Shown: positions 37,977 to 48,559, counted from the first letter of the stretch. The stretch is 64,000 bases of DNA from an uncultured candidate division Zixibacteria bacterium (GCA_963664195.1 OY760907.1:192001-256000); one strand, 5' to 3'. Notes: generated by a model from the sequence alone, not told the origin. Translations and numbers: made by a program.

Positions 37977-38276
37977 TTGGTGCTCTAGGGTCCACAGGGT
38001 TGAGGTTCTGGTAAGTACAGACAGGTCTTTCCCAATGGTGCATCTCAATATATGGAAGTATGGCATATATGTCAAGATGTGTCACACACATGCTTCAGGG
38101 CATCGGCGTGTCACTTGAACCTTTCTGCTGTTCTCTTTCGCTGCGACCAGACGGAAAACGTGTGGCAGTGAGTGATCACCCGCGAGATTGCGCCGTGTTT
38201 CTTCAGAAACGGTGTGGATTATCCACACTTCGAAAAAATCCGAACAACCATGCCATCCGTATCCCTGCTACTAATT

Positions 38277-38303
38277 GTATCGGAACGCAGCCCCTAAACT
38301 CAA
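38277..38303 (-). promoter_or_regulatory. Possible sigma28 promoter upstream of the SBBP/dockerin gene
   Basis: TTGAGTTT-N11-TCCGATAC versus consensus TAAAGTTT-N11-GCCGATAA. Confidence 0.3.
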
Positions 38304-38352
38304 GTGGTCCAACGCAATTATACAAAAATCATAGAGTTGTGAGTCATTCCGT

Positions 38353-39276
38353 TCAGGACGGGGCAGCAAGGGTCCGGCGACGGTAGATCAGGTGAATAGC
38401 CACTATGGCGAGGCAGCTTAATACCGTGGTAACAAGCGAGGCTTCAAAGCCGAACTCTCCCCCGGTCAACAATACGTTTCCCTGATACGAGCACGTGAGG
38501 ATGGCATCGGTGTCAGTGCCGCTGACGTGAGAACCGTAGACAATCCCCTGACAGAAGTTCCACGCGAAATGAATGCCGATCGGAAACCAGAGGTTCTTCT
38601 TGTGAATGTAGTATATGCCGAGTAGCAGGCCTGCAAGGACGATGTTGGACAGTCCGACGAGGGAAACGTTGGGATTAGTGGCGTGTGCAAGGGCAAAGAC
38701 AACCGAGGTCGCCAGCAGAGCGATGTATTTGTTCATCGAGGCTCTGAAATTGGTAATAAGATAGCCTCTGGCAATAGCCTCTTCCTCGACGGCCACCAGC
38801 ATAAAAAACAGCCCGTAGAGCAGAATCGAGGATACCGGAAAGGAAACGGATTCAATCGTGATTGCTCCGGCGACATACAACACGCCGAAGACGGCAGAAA
38901 TCAGCCCTGCTCCCCACAGCATGCCCATCAGCAAGTCACGGCGCGCCTCTGATCCGAACGAGAAGCCGAGAGACACGGTCGAGCGCCGGTCGATTACCTT
39001 GCGGAAGAGGGGCACCAGCAACAACATGCCAATCATCATGAAGGCTCCTGCCATCTCGCCTCCGGTCGTTTGCATCAGTTCTTCGGCCTGGGCCAGGCTA
39101 AACTCCGGATAAAAAGGCAGGAGAACAAAGAGGATGGCGATTCCGAAAACGATCTGGAACACAAACCAGGCGACGATGAAAAGCAGGCCGCGAAGAAGCC
39201 CGGACTTGATTGCCGGTTGGACCGGTTCAATTGTCGGTTCGACAGGATCGGTAGTGAGTTCGGATTGGTGCTCCAT
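38353..39276 (-). CDS. CPBP (CAAX protease/Abi) family intramembrane metalloprotease
   Basis: EEEAIARG, FALAH, IHFAWN motifs; multi-TM. Confidence 0.9.
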   Translation of the reverse strand: MEHQSELTTDPVEPTIEPVQPAIKSGLLRGLLFIVAWFVFQIVFGIAILFVLLPFYPEFSLAQAEELMQTTGGEMAGAFMMIGMLLLVPLFRKVIDRRSTVSLGFSFGSEARRDLLMGMLWGAGLISAVFGVLYVAGAITIESVSFPVSSILLYGLFFMLVAVEEEAIARGYLITNFRASMNKYIALLATSVVFALAHATNPNVSLVGLSNIVLAGLLLGIYYIHKKNLWFPIGIHFAWNFCQGIVYGSHVSGTDTDAILTCSYQGNVLLTGGEFGFEASLVTTVLSCLAIVAIHLIYRRRTLAAPS

Positions 39277-39302
39277 ATCTACTCTCCGTGGTTGTTAGGA
39301 CT

Positions 39303-40448
39303 TCAGGTCAATTCCATGAACAGATTCTCGGCGTACCGGTCGGTCATGCCGGCGATGTAATCCGCCACGACAATCTGATTGATCTCGTTATCCAGCATTT
39401 CCACAAACCGAGCCGGCATCTTCTCGGGATTGACGGTAAAATGCTCGTAAAGCGTCTCGATGACTTCGCGAGCGCTGGTGGCGTGATTCATCAAACGCGG
39501 ATGACGGTACAATTTGGTAAACAAGAACGCTTTCAGCTCCCGAACCCGTTCGGCCATATCCTCTGAATAAGCGCAGACACGCTCGCCGGAAGCTCTCAGC
39601 GTGTCCAGCGAGGTGATATTCTGGCTCTCCAATCGACGTTCTGTTTCTTTCAACAAGTCGGTAGCAGTGTGATCAATCAGGAACCGGACAAGTTCGCGCC
39701 TGACTTGATCCTCGCTGTGGGCCGCCAGCCGATCAAACAGGGCAGGTCTGCCGGGGGTGTCATCCGGGAGCGACCAGATACTCAGGTGCCGAATGTCCTC
39801 CAGCGTTATCAGCCCGGAGTTGACACCGTCGTCGATATCATGCGCACCATACGCCAGCGAGTCTGCCTGATCCACCAGCGAGGCCTCGAGGGTCGGCCAG
39901 ATGCTGTTATTGAACTCCGGCAGCGAAATCTTGACTTTGGTCTCGTGCTTGGCAATTCCCTCGCGGACCTCGTAGGAAAGATTCAGTCCCGGATGCTCCA
40001 GATACCGTTGTTCGAGAAAATCGACGATGCGAAGTGACTGTCGGTTATGATTGAATCCGCCAAACTCAGTCAACAGTTCATTGAGCACATCCTCGCCGGA
40101 ATGACCAAACGGTGTGTGCCCGAGATCATGCACCAGCGCTATAGCCTCGGTGAGGTCCTCGTTGAGCCTGAGATTGCGAGCCAGCGACCGGGCGACCTGG
40201 GCGACCTCGATAGTATGGGTCAATCGGGTGCGGAAATGATCCGCCTCATGCGGGAGGAACACCTGCGTTTTGTATTCCATGCGACGGAATGCCGCCGAAT
40301 GAATGATCCGGTCACGGTCTCGTTGAAACGCCGTCCTGAGCGGGTGCTCCGGCTGCGGGAATACACGCCCTCTGGATTCAGCCGAGTGCGCGGCATAGGC
40401 GGCGAGGGATCGACGTTCACGTTCCTCGACATCTGCACGTTTAATCAA
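39303..40448 (-). CDS. dgt: Deoxyguanosinetriphosphate triphosphohydrolase (HD family)
   Basis: FQRDRDRIIHSAAFRR, RTRLTHTIEV, HDLGHTPFGH, DYIAGMTD. TTG start at 40448. Confidence 0.93.
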   Translation of the reverse strand: MIKRADVEERERRSLAAYAAHSAESRGRVFPQPEHPLRTAFQRDRDRIIHSAAFRRMEYKTQVFLPHEADHFRTRLTHTIEVAQVARSLARNLRLNEDLTEAIALVHDLGHTPFGHSGEDVLNELLTEFGGFNHNRQSLRIVDFLEQRYLEHPGLNLSYEVREGIAKHETKVKISLPEFNNSIWPTLEASLVDQADSLAYGAHDIDDGVNSGLITLEDIRHLSIWSLPDDTPGRPALFDRLAAHSEDQVRRELVRFLIDHTATDLLKETERRLESQNITSLDTLRASGERVCAYSEDMAERVRELKAFLFTKLYRHPRLMNHATSAREVIETLYEHFTVNPEKMPARFVEMLDNEINQIVVADYIAGMTDRYAENLFMELT

Positions 40449-41283
40449 ACTCGCTCTCCCTCTTTCTTGATTCGCGCGCCGTCCCCCATCCGAATGAAAC
40501 CGTGTGCGAAAACCCCAGCACCGGGTGCACCGAGGTCGCATACGTAAAGGTCCCGGACGCCACCGACAACTCGATACCGCCGCCAAACTCGACCGGCTCA
40601 CCGGCAATGCCCCAGAAAAAGGAGCTTCTGTCCGAAAGGCTGATAATCTGCCCGAGACCAAGCTGCGCTTTCTGGTTTCCTTCGAGCGTCAACCGACCGG
40701 TCACTGAAAAGGCACGCTTGCCAATGAATTCCGCGTGCAGCGAATAGACCGGCTCGATATCAGAGCTGGTCGCGGAGAGACTCGGCGAGGTCAGGTTATC
40801 GGCATCAAACGCTGCTATCAGTCTTGCTGTGCGGTACGAAGCGCCGAGTCCGAATGTGGCTGCGCGGAGTTGCTCGTAGTTACCGCCAAACTGTACTTGC
40901 ATGGCAGATAAAGAGCCGCCCACGGTCAAAGAGTCCAGATGGAAGGCCACCGACCCCTTCAGTAGTTGTTCGGCATACAGATCAGCCTTGCCGAATTGCG
41001 AAGCCCCAAACGCCACCGTGAACCTGCCCCGGCGATAGGCACCGGCGACAAACAGGTGATCCAGATCAGCCAGCTCAAATCGACGATTGTACCCGGCCTC
41101 AATCCCCCATTGCCGTCGTTCAAGCCCGCCGCTTGGGACGTTCAGCAAGGTCGTGGAGGGCGATTGCGACAGAACCTGCGTACGCCCCATGCCGATCCGA
41201 CGAGGAGATACGAATTCGTCGGCCAACGTGGCACTCGTCAGGAAGAGCATCGCAAAACTGAGTATGAACCAGAGTTTACTCAT
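40441..41283 (-). CDS. Secreted outer-membrane beta-barrel-like protein (PorV/PorP-like)
   Basis: Signal peptide, SPRRIGMG N-terminal plug-like motif, amphipathic strands, HPVLGFSHTVSF. Confidence 0.6.
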   Translation of the reverse strand: MSKLWFILSFAMLFLTSATLADEFVSPRRIGMGRTQVLSQSPSTTLLNVPSGGLERRQWGIEAGYNRRFELADLDHLFVAGAYRRGRFTVAFGASQFGKADLYAEQLLKGSVAFHLDSLTVGGSLSAMQVQFGGNYEQLRAATFGLGASYRTARLIAAFDADNLTSPSLSATSSDIEPVYSLHAEFIGKRAFSVTGRLTLEGNQKAQLGLGQIISLSDRSSFFWGIAGEPVEFGGGIELSVASGTFTYATSVHPVLGFSHTVSFGWGTARESRKRESEFD

Positions 41284-41286
41284 GGT

Positions 41287-42903
41287 TCATCTCGCAATCA
41301 CTATGGTCTTTTTGATTGACTCCACACCCGAGGCCTCGAAACGCAGAATGTAAATACCAATTGGCAGGCGTCGACCGCCATCGTCGGTGCCGCGCCAGAC
41401 ATAGGCCTCCGACAGATCTACGGCATCCTTCTCGAGAGTTCGCACCAACCGTCCCTGACTGTCGTACAGACGCAGAGTATACTGGTCCGCCTCGGGCGCC
41501 AGAACCTCAATCACGGTCGAATCCTCGTAACCGTCGCCATCAGGTGAAAACACCTTCGGAGTAATCGTGATATCGAGATCACTCTGATCGTCGGTGGAGA
41601 AGCGGACCCGGTTTGCCTCGCCCGGCGTGCCGCCTTCGTCTTCGGAACGCCCCCAATCATTGCGACGGTCTTCGGTTTCACCGCGACTCCATGTATGGTT
41701 GTCGTCGAAACCTGCGTCATAGCTGAAACGGTCTGCCTCGACACCGTGGCCGTCGACCAAACGCACGACATCACCGCTGTTATTCAGCGAGGGCCATTGA
41801 TCCGGTTCATGGACCACGCCGGTGAATCCGGCATAAAAATCGTTGAACACAAAGGCGTCATCGGTGAGCACAATGTACTCTCCCGGGAGCACGATAAGAG
41901 CCGCGTCTGTCACTTCAACGAGGCTGATCGAGTCGCCGAGTTGCCAGCCTTCGAGATCGACCGGCTCGTCGCTGACATTTTTGATCTCCACCCATTCGCT
42001 GTTGAGGGCGCCGGTCGGATTGGGGAGAACCTCCGAGAGAATGAGCGGCGGATAGTCGGCACCTGGAGCAGTAAAATCGATGCGGTTGTTGGACAAACGG
42101 TCATCGTCATCGAGCACTGCGACCAGATCGGTGTATACCTCGGTGAACTGATACTGGCTGACGAGTATGACCGTGAATCCGGTGTCAATCGAACCAATCG
42201 CTTCCGTGGCGATCAGGTCACCAAGACTGTCAGGTGCGGTTTCATCGCGGTAATACAGTGATAGTGAATCGTCTGCGACGGTCGTCGTACCGCGATTGAC
42301 TATTGTGAATGCTATGCGGGTGAAGCCGTCGACGATAGATGGCTGGACTCCTTCGAGCGCAAGATCGCGCGGTAACGGGGTTACCGAGTTAATACGTCCT
42401 GGAGTTGAACCTGCCGGATCGACACTCTGCAGAATAGCGTCTGATTCGGGATGTGCCCGCTCCCAGGAAACACCGTCGCCGCCGCCTTCGGTCCATGCAA
42501 GGGATGACAGAACGTCGAGTATACGAACAAGATTCACGTACCCCGACGAGTTGGTCAATTGGAATGAATGCTCTTGCAGGGTGTAGCCGGATTCTGATTC
42601 ATGGTCCCCCCATACGCCTGAGCTGTCACCAAAATGCTCCTCGAACCGGATACTATCGCGACAGAGTATCAGAAAGGCACGAGCTGCCATCTGTCCGCTC
42701 AACGAGAAGCCGGTGCCATTGGCATCCAGGGAATACAAACCCAGGTTGGCCTGTGCCTCGGTGTCGTTGTATAGCTCGATCCATTCCAGCGAGGTCTCGC
42801 CGCCCGGTTCGTTTGATAGAACCTCATTGACCACCACCCCTGCCGCAACCAAACAGGGGGCGAGCACAATAAGCACGATAGAGCAGAGAAGTCTGTGAAT
42901 CAT
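41287..42903 (-). CDS. Secreted lamin-tail-domain protein with T9SS type-B/FlgD-Ig-like C-terminal domain
   Basis: Two VVNEV..N...EWIEL.N LTD motifs, CARDB-like middle, C-terminal FSPDGDG...LYDSQGRLVRTL...WRGTD..GRRLPIGIY. Confidence 0.82.
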   Translation of the reverse strand: MIHRLLCSIVLIVLAPCLVAAGVVVNEVLSNEPGGETSLEWIELYNDTEAQANLGLYSLDANGTGFSLSGQMAARAFLILCRDSIRFEEHFGDSSGVWGDHESESGYTLQEHSFQLTNSSGYVNLVRILDVLSSLAWTEGGGDGVSWERAHPESDAILQSVDPAGSTPGRINSVTPLPRDLALEGVQPSIVDGFTRIAFTIVNRGTTTVADDSLSLYYRDETAPDSLGDLIATEAIGSIDTGFTVILVSQYQFTEVYTDLVAVLDDDDRLSNNRIDFTAPGADYPPLILSEVLPNPTGALNSEWVEIKNVSDEPVDLEGWQLGDSISLVEVTDAALIVLPGEYIVLTDDAFVFNDFYAGFTGVVHEPDQWPSLNNSGDVVRLVDGHGVEADRFSYDAGFDDNHTWSRGETEDRRNDWGRSEDEGGTPGEANRVRFSTDDQSDLDITITPKVFSPDGDGYEDSTVIEVLAPEADQYTLRLYDSQGRLVRTLEKDAVDLSEAYVWRGTDDGGRRLPIGIYILRFEASGVESIKKTIVIAR

Positions 42904-44543
42904 AGCTTTGCGATCAACTCCAATGATACGGTGGCACTGTGGCTGTCCTTGCTGTCTCGTCGATATGAATGAATCAGTTTCACGGCACCCTCAAGCCTCT
43001 CCATCAGTTGCTGCTTTCCACGGACAAAGAAGTACCAGTATTGGACGCCGTTGCTGTCGATCTCGCCGAGATTCGACCACGCCTCGATTTCGCCATTGCC
43101 GGGGAATCTGTACCGCACGGTCGTGAACAGGGAAACATTGTTGGGTTGTTGATTTTCCGCATCCAGACCAATATAGCTCCTGCACGAAAAAAGGCCAGAG
43201 TTGAATCTTGCCTGTAGTCTGAAACGGTGCCGGTTCCGATCCCCGAAAGAGCCGGAAGACGTCCGCTTTTCCCACGTTCCCAGATAGCCCAATTCCAACT
43301 GCAGTCGCGGACTGCATCGACTTATCAGCGTGCTGGAGTACTGGCGATTGCGGCGTCGCACGTCGACCTCAGCATACAGCAACGAGTTCTCGAATTTGAG
43401 GGCGTGAGCAAGTTCAACCACTGTCTTCACAAGCAGTCCCTCCTGGCCCCTGCGCCTGCTTGAGAATGTGAAGTCTACTGTCTCGATCGTGTCTGCAACA
43501 GTCAACGAAGCCGCCTTGCTTCCGGTGGTCAGCGCGACCGCATCGTCGCCGTAGGTCCAGGCCGCGTAACGAATCTCCGCACCCGCAAACCTGTGCCGAC
43601 CTTCAATGACACCGCTCAATGCGTGCGATCCGTTGCCGGACTGTCGGCTGAGTTCAACGTCCAGATGACCCGCACCATACAGATAGCGGTTGTACAGACC
43701 AACAGCAGAGAAGCTGACCGACTCACCGGTCTGTCTGTTCTTCAATCGATTCAGGCCGACAATCACACCCGGCCGCCATGATCCTTCAGAGTGTCGGAAC
43801 ATCGCAGCTGCGGATGTCAACGAGTGTGTCGAGTCTCGCACGATCGACGCCAGATTCTCGTACTTATAGGAACCCACTGCACCTTCGACACGTATCCCAT
43901 TGTAACCACCACAATCAGGAAATAAGATCGATTCGCTGTCGAATTCGCGCGAAAACGCCATCAGTTTACCACGATAACCAAACGCAGTCCCCAGACCGCA
44001 TCGCGTGATGAAAGAACCGAGGTCGACCTGGCGAATGAAGCCGTCCTTGCGACGGTATTGGAATGTTCGACCGACCAGACGTTCGGCACCGTTCGTCTCG
44101 CGGTTGATTCTGTAGTTGAAGCGATAGCGATCCCCCCAACGAATGTCCCCCGAGGTGCGATACCAGGATTCCTCCCCTTCCTCCAATCGCTGGTACTGAC
44201 GGTGTCGCAGCACGGCCGAGACGGTCGAGGTATTCTCTCCCCCCCCTGATGCGAAGCCGGCACGCTGATCCTCTTCAAGCGGTACGAGCATCGACGTATC
44301 GACCGGCCGGAACCAGGCCAGATTGGGGACTTCATCAAGAAGATACTGCGAGGTCGAGTCTATCCCGTTCTCGGCTATCTCCTGAAGAATGAGAAACTGG
44401 TAGTAGCTGATCTCCCCCTGCCGGAGGGCCTCGATCAGTTCATCTTCGGATGGAATAACAACAGTGGAAAGCTCCTGCGCCAGAGTATGGCAGTAGAAGA
44501 ACAGTACGATACAGACTGAGACACTCCCCCCGATGATTCGCAA
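42900..44543 (-). CDS. Secreted outer-membrane beta-barrel-like protein (degenerate ComEA/HhH-associated barrel family)
   Basis: Signal peptide, short helical N-terminal domain, long beta-strand-rich region ending SLELIAKL; overlaps the next gene. Confidence 0.55.
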   Translation of the reverse strand: MRIIGGSVSVCIVLFFYCHTLAQELSTVVIPSEDELIEALRQGEISYYQFLILQEIAENGIDSTSQYLLDEVPNLAWFRPVDTSMLVPLEEDQRAGFASGGGENTSTVSAVLRHRQYQRLEEGEESWYRTSGDIRWGDRYRFNYRINRETNGAERLVGRTFQYRRKDGFIRQVDLGSFITRCGLGTAFGYRGKLMAFSREFDSESILFPDCGGYNGIRVEGAVGSYKYENLASIVRDSTHSLTSAAAMFRHSEGSWRPGVIVGLNRLKNRQTGESVSFSAVGLYNRYLYGAGHLDVELSRQSGNGSHALSGVIEGRHRFAGAEIRYAAWTYGDDAVALTTGSKAASLTVADTIETVDFTFSSRRRGQEGLLVKTVVELAHALKFENSLLYAEVDVRRRNRQYSSTLISRCSPRLQLELGYLGTWEKRTSSGSFGDRNRHRFRLQARFNSGLFSCRSYIGLDAENQQPNNVSLFTTVRYRFPGNGEIEAWSNLGEIDSNGVQYWYFFVRGKQQLMERLEGAVKLIHSYRRDSKDSHSATVSLELIAKL

Positions 44544-44546
44544 CTT

Positions 44547-45983
44547 TTACCTCAAATCGTATTTGGTGAGCTTTCGATACAGGGTGCGCTCGCCGATCCC
44601 GAGCCGTTTTGCAGTCTCTTTGCGATTGCCGCCGGTTTCTTTCAGCATCTGTTCGATCAACGCCTTTTCCATCTCTTCCATCGTCGAACCGGCCTCAAAC
44701 GTGGAGGCGCTGACATGGCCGCCGGCATCGGCTTCACTGGGAAGATTAGAGGTGATCAGCGTACGAAGCATTTTGATCTCGTTGCCGAGCGATATGATCG
44801 CCCGGTAGATCAATTCCTGGCCGGCCTCCTCTACGGTCTGTCCGGTTGAGACCGGAAGATGCTTTGCTCTGGTATGCTGTTCTTTGAGGAAGGACTCGAC
44901 ATCTTCCAGCTCGACCAGTCCGGTCGGTTTCAGAGCTCCCATACGGGAGGCAAAATTGCGAAGCTGCCGGACATTGCCCGGCCAGTCATAACGAGTCAGT
45001 TTATTCAGGGCAGAATCAGAGTAGTCTAAAACCGGATACTCCCGCCAGAAATGCTGCAGGAGCGGTTGGACATCGCCTCGTCGATCCATCAGCGGCGGCA
45101 CGATCAGTTTAACGGCGCTAATGCGGAAATACAGATCCTCGCGGAATTTTTTGTCCTCGATCGCCCTGGCCAAATCGCGGTTAGTCGCCGCAACGATTCG
45201 GACATTGGCGCGGCGAGGTTCGGACGACCCGACCGGATAATAGGTCCCGTCTTCGAGCACCCGGAGCAGTTTCACCTGCATATTGGGATTGGTTTCGCCT
45301 ATTTCATCGAGGAAAACGGTTCCCCCCTCGGCCTTGTGAAACAATCCTTCGCGCTTGGTCACCGATCCGGTAAACGCGCCGCGTTCGTGTCCGAACAGTT
45401 CTGACTCGAGGACGCCTTCGGCCAGCGCGCCGCAGTTTATGGCGACGAACGGCTTATCCTTGCGGGTAGAATCATCATGCAATGCCCGCGCCACCAATTC
45501 CTTACCGGCCCCGGAAGGGCCTACGACAAGAGCCGAAATGTCAGTGGCGGCCACGCGATTAATATTGCGGGCCAACGCTCTCATTTCACGCGAGCGACCG
45601 ACAATACGATAGCGCTCGAGCAGGTGTTTATCCTCAATGATCTGCTTCACCCGCTTGGCAATACCCTGCTGTCCGAGATCCAGCGGTACGGCACCATCGA
45701 AATACTCTGCCGGCACCTCGGCGGCAAAACGGTCGTTGACGAGTTTCCAAATGTCTGTCAGACCGCTGGGGCGTCGAAGTCTAGTAGCAACCGCCTGATT
45801 GAGAGCCTTGCGATGTCCTCCGACCAGTATCAGATCGATCTGGCGCTCTTTGACTATCTGGTAGAGTTGCGAGACCTCCTGGACAGGTACACCCACCTTC
45901 TCCCAGTCTATGGAGTTGACCTCTGATTCCTCGCGGTCTGTCAGTATCAGTATATTCTGCTGCATGATCGTTCTCTCACTCAC
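44547..45983 (-). CDS. sigma54-dependent transcriptional activator (bEBP) with degenerate receiver-like N-terminus
   Basis: GPSGAGKE, ESELFGHERGAFTGS, FLDEIG, WPGNVRQL, Fis-type HTH. Confidence 0.93.
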   Translation of the reverse strand: MSERTIMQQNILILTDREESEVNSIDWEKVGVPVQEVSQLYQIVKERQIDLILVGGHRKALNQAVATRLRRPSGLTDIWKLVNDRFAAEVPAEYFDGAVPLDLGQQGIAKRVKQIIEDKHLLERYRIVGRSREMRALARNINRVAATDISALVVGPSGAGKELVARALHDDSTRKDKPFVAINCGALAEGVLESELFGHERGAFTGSVTKREGLFHKAEGGTVFLDEIGETNPNMQVKLLRVLEDGTYYPVGSSEPRRANVRIVAATNRDLARAIEDKKFREDLYFRISAVKLIVPPLMDRRGDVQPLLQHFWREYPVLDYSDSALNKLTRYDWPGNVRQLRNFASRMGALKPTGLVELEDVESFLKEQHTRAKHLPVSTGQTVEEAGQELIYRAIISLGNEIKMLRTLITSNLPSEADAGGHVSASTFEAGSTMEEMEKALIEQMLKETGGNRKETAKRLGIGERTLYRKLTKYDLR

Positions 45984-48241
45984 CTACTTTTTTTCGGGCG
46001 GCTTCGTCCCCTGCGACTCTTGCTCGCAGCCGGGTGCTTTGCCGGCGACTTCTTTTTCCCCTTGGTCGTGGTCTGGACCTTCCTGGCGCCCCGCCGGCTT
46101 TTGACCGGAGCCGCACCAGACTTCGTCTTCCCTGAACGCTTGTCCACCACAAACAGGTCAAGCTCGCTTCGAAGCGTGTCGACTTTCATCACACCGACAC
46201 GGATACTGTCACCGAGACGGAAAGAGCGCTGGTTGCGGCGACCGATCATGCGATAGTTCTCCTCGTCGTAATAATAATAGTCATCATCAATCGAGGACAC
46301 TTTGACCATGCCTTCTACACCCATATTGTCCAGCCGGACGAAAAAGCCGTAAGCGGTTACACCGGCAATGACGCCGTTGAATTCGTCGCCAAGGTGGCGG
46401 GCCATGTAAGCCACCTGCTTGGTCTTAACGGCATGGCGTTCAGCCTTTTCTGCCACTCGCTCTGTCTCGGAACAGTGCTCGCCCACGTGGTCAATAGTAG
46501 AACCAACGCGTTTGGCGAATGCAGGCGGATAGTGACCGTTCTTGAGTTTTCGCAGCAACCGATGAACGAGCAGATCGGGGTAGCGTCGGATGGGCGAGGT
46601 GAAATGCGAATAGTGAGAGAACGCCAGTCCAAAATGGCCGATGTTGTCCCGCTGGTAGACAGCCTTCTGCATCGATCGCAGCATCAGCTCGTTGATAAAG
46701 TCTTCTTCGGGAACGCCTTTGACCTTGTCGAGAAATCGAGCAAACTGCCCCGGTTTCATGTTCTTCGTGACGGGGAATCGATGCCCCAGCCGGGCCATCA
46801 TCGAGGAAAACGCGTTGAGCTTCTCCAAGTCCGGTTTGGCGTGTACGCGGTACAAAAACGGTTGCGCCTTGCGGAATACTTCCAGGGCCACTGCCCTGTT
46901 GGCGGCAAGCATGAACTCCTCAACCAACCGATGCGCCTCCAAGCGTACGCGATTGCCCAGTTCCAGCACTTCCCCCTTATCGTTAAGGATGATCTTCGAT
47001 TCCGGAAGGTCAAAATCGAGCGATCCCTGAGCAAACCGATCCTTGCTGAGCAAGTGTGCCAGTTCACGGGCAACGGTGAGGTTTTCGGCCACACGCTTGA
47101 CCCGGTCATGAACAGGTTTGTCATCGAAAAAGTCCTGCACTTCTTCGTATGCAAGTTTTGCTTTCGATTCTATGATCGTGTCGGCCAACTCCCATTTGAG
47201 CATCTTGCCCCGTTTGTCAAACTCGATGAACACTGAATGTGCCGGGCGACGGCTATTCGGCTTGAGCGAACAGACGTTGTTCGAGAGCAACTCCGGAAGC
47301 ATGGGAATGACCATGCCCGGCAAGTACACTGAGTTGCCGCGATTAAACGCCTCGGTATCAAGCGCAGACCCCGGCTCGACAAAATACGATACGTCGGCGA
47401 TGTGTACGCCCAGACGATACCCCTGTGCGTTTTTCTCGACGGAAACGGCATCGTCATGGTCCTTGGCGTCGGCAGGATCAATCGTATAAACACACTCGTT
47501 GGTGAGATCGAGGCGCGGCAGTTCTTTGCTGTCGATGTTTTTAGCTGATGCGCGTTCGGCTTCCTGGAGCACCTCTGCCGGGAACTCCTCCGGGAGGTTG
47601 TGACTCTTGATAATCGTGAGCATGTCGACACCCGGATCAGTCGGGAAACCGAGCACTTCGGTGACTTCTCCCTCGGGATTACGATACGGGTCGTCCCAGG
47701 CGGTGAGTTTGACGACCACACGCTGGCCGTCCTCGGCCTTCATCGACCAGGCCGCCGGGATGTAGATATTCCGGTGGATGCGCGGGTTATCCGGCTCCAC
47801 GTAGAAAAAGTGGCGATCCGACTTGAAAATCCCGACGATGTTGCGATCGGTCCGTTCGATAATCTTAATGACCGAGCCGGCCTCACGCCCCATCCGCTCA
47901 CCGGTTAAACGCACCATTACTTTGTCACCGTCGAGCGCGGTCGACAATTGATTCGGCGGAATGAGAATATCCTGCTCCTCACCCTCGCGCACAAGGAACC
48001 CCGTTCCGGAGCGGTTGATCGAAATTGTTCCAACCAAAACGCCAAGCTGATCCGGCAGACCGATACGTCCGCGCTTAAGATGAACCAACTCGCCGGTTTG
48101 TAACAGCGCCTTAATCGCCTTGCGGAACCTGGCGTATTCTGGCTGGGGAACTTCAAGCGCAGCGGCCAACTCCTTCATCTTCATAGGATGGTCAGACTGC
48201 GATCGAATGTACTTCAGTATAGTCTCGGGGTTGTTTTCCAT
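45980..48241 (-). CDS. rnr: Ribonuclease R
   Basis: TIDPADAKDHDDA, HIADVS, HFTSPIRRYPDL, S1 domain, basic tail. Start ATG 48241. Confidence 0.97.
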   Translation of the reverse strand: MENNPETILKYIRSQSDHPMKMKELAAALEVPQPEYARFRKAIKALLQTGELVHLKRGRIGLPDQLGVLVGTISINRSGTGFLVREGEEQDILIPPNQLSTALDGDKVMVRLTGERMGREAGSVIKIIERTDRNIVGIFKSDRHFFYVEPDNPRIHRNIYIPAAWSMKAEDGQRVVVKLTAWDDPYRNPEGEVTEVLGFPTDPGVDMLTIIKSHNLPEEFPAEVLQEAERASAKNIDSKELPRLDLTNECVYTIDPADAKDHDDAVSVEKNAQGYRLGVHIADVSYFVEPGSALDTEAFNRGNSVYLPGMVIPMLPELLSNNVCSLKPNSRRPAHSVFIEFDKRGKMLKWELADTIIESKAKLAYEEVQDFFDDKPVHDRVKRVAENLTVARELAHLLSKDRFAQGSLDFDLPESKIILNDKGEVLELGNRVRLEAHRLVEEFMLAANRAVALEVFRKAQPFLYRVHAKPDLEKLNAFSSMMARLGHRFPVTKNMKPGQFARFLDKVKGVPEEDFINELMLRSMQKAVYQRDNIGHFGLAFSHYSHFTSPIRRYPDLLVHRLLRKLKNGHYPPAFAKRVGSTIDHVGEHCSETERVAEKAERHAVKTKQVAYMARHLGDEFNGVIAGVTAYGFFVRLDNMGVEGMVKVSSIDDDYYYYDEENYRMIGRRNQRSFRLGDSIRVGVMKVDTLRSELDLFVVDKRSGKTKSGAAPVKSRRGARKVQTTTKGKKKSPAKHPAASKSRRGRSRPKKSR

Positions 48242-48559
48242 GTGGAACGATACATTCGTGCGGTGCACAAGTCAAGCAAGATTGGCACATTTGCGCCATT
48301 TTGGCAGAACGAACGCCGCATACCGGAAAGAGAACAGTCTTTGGCCGCACTTTCGCGGATTGTCTCGTTGCTCTGGTCTGACTGCTGAGATCGAGCCACA
48401 TGACGCGTCTGCCGCCAGTATCCGCATAGTCGACAACTAGGTCCCTTAACCCTCGTTTCTACAGGGTAGAGCTTGACATCACACGAAAAACCGCCATCTT
48501 ATGAGCAGGCACGCATCAACGACTCAGACAAACACAACAGATTGAAAGGCGGTATACCC

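Noticed and set aside
38353..39276. CPBP/Abi protease as the processing or immunity enzyme for the small peptide
   Set aside because: It lies 16 kb away with no linkage evidence, and the family is ubiquitous.
39303..40448. dGTPase as an anti-phage dNTP-depletion system
   Set aside because: Typical ~380-aa housekeeping Dgt-like protein at the end of a conserved-looking operon, with no defence-island context.
48282..48296. TTGGCACATTTGCG as a sigma54 promoter
   Set aside because: The GG-to-GC spacing is too short; sigma54 needs a 10-nt spacer.
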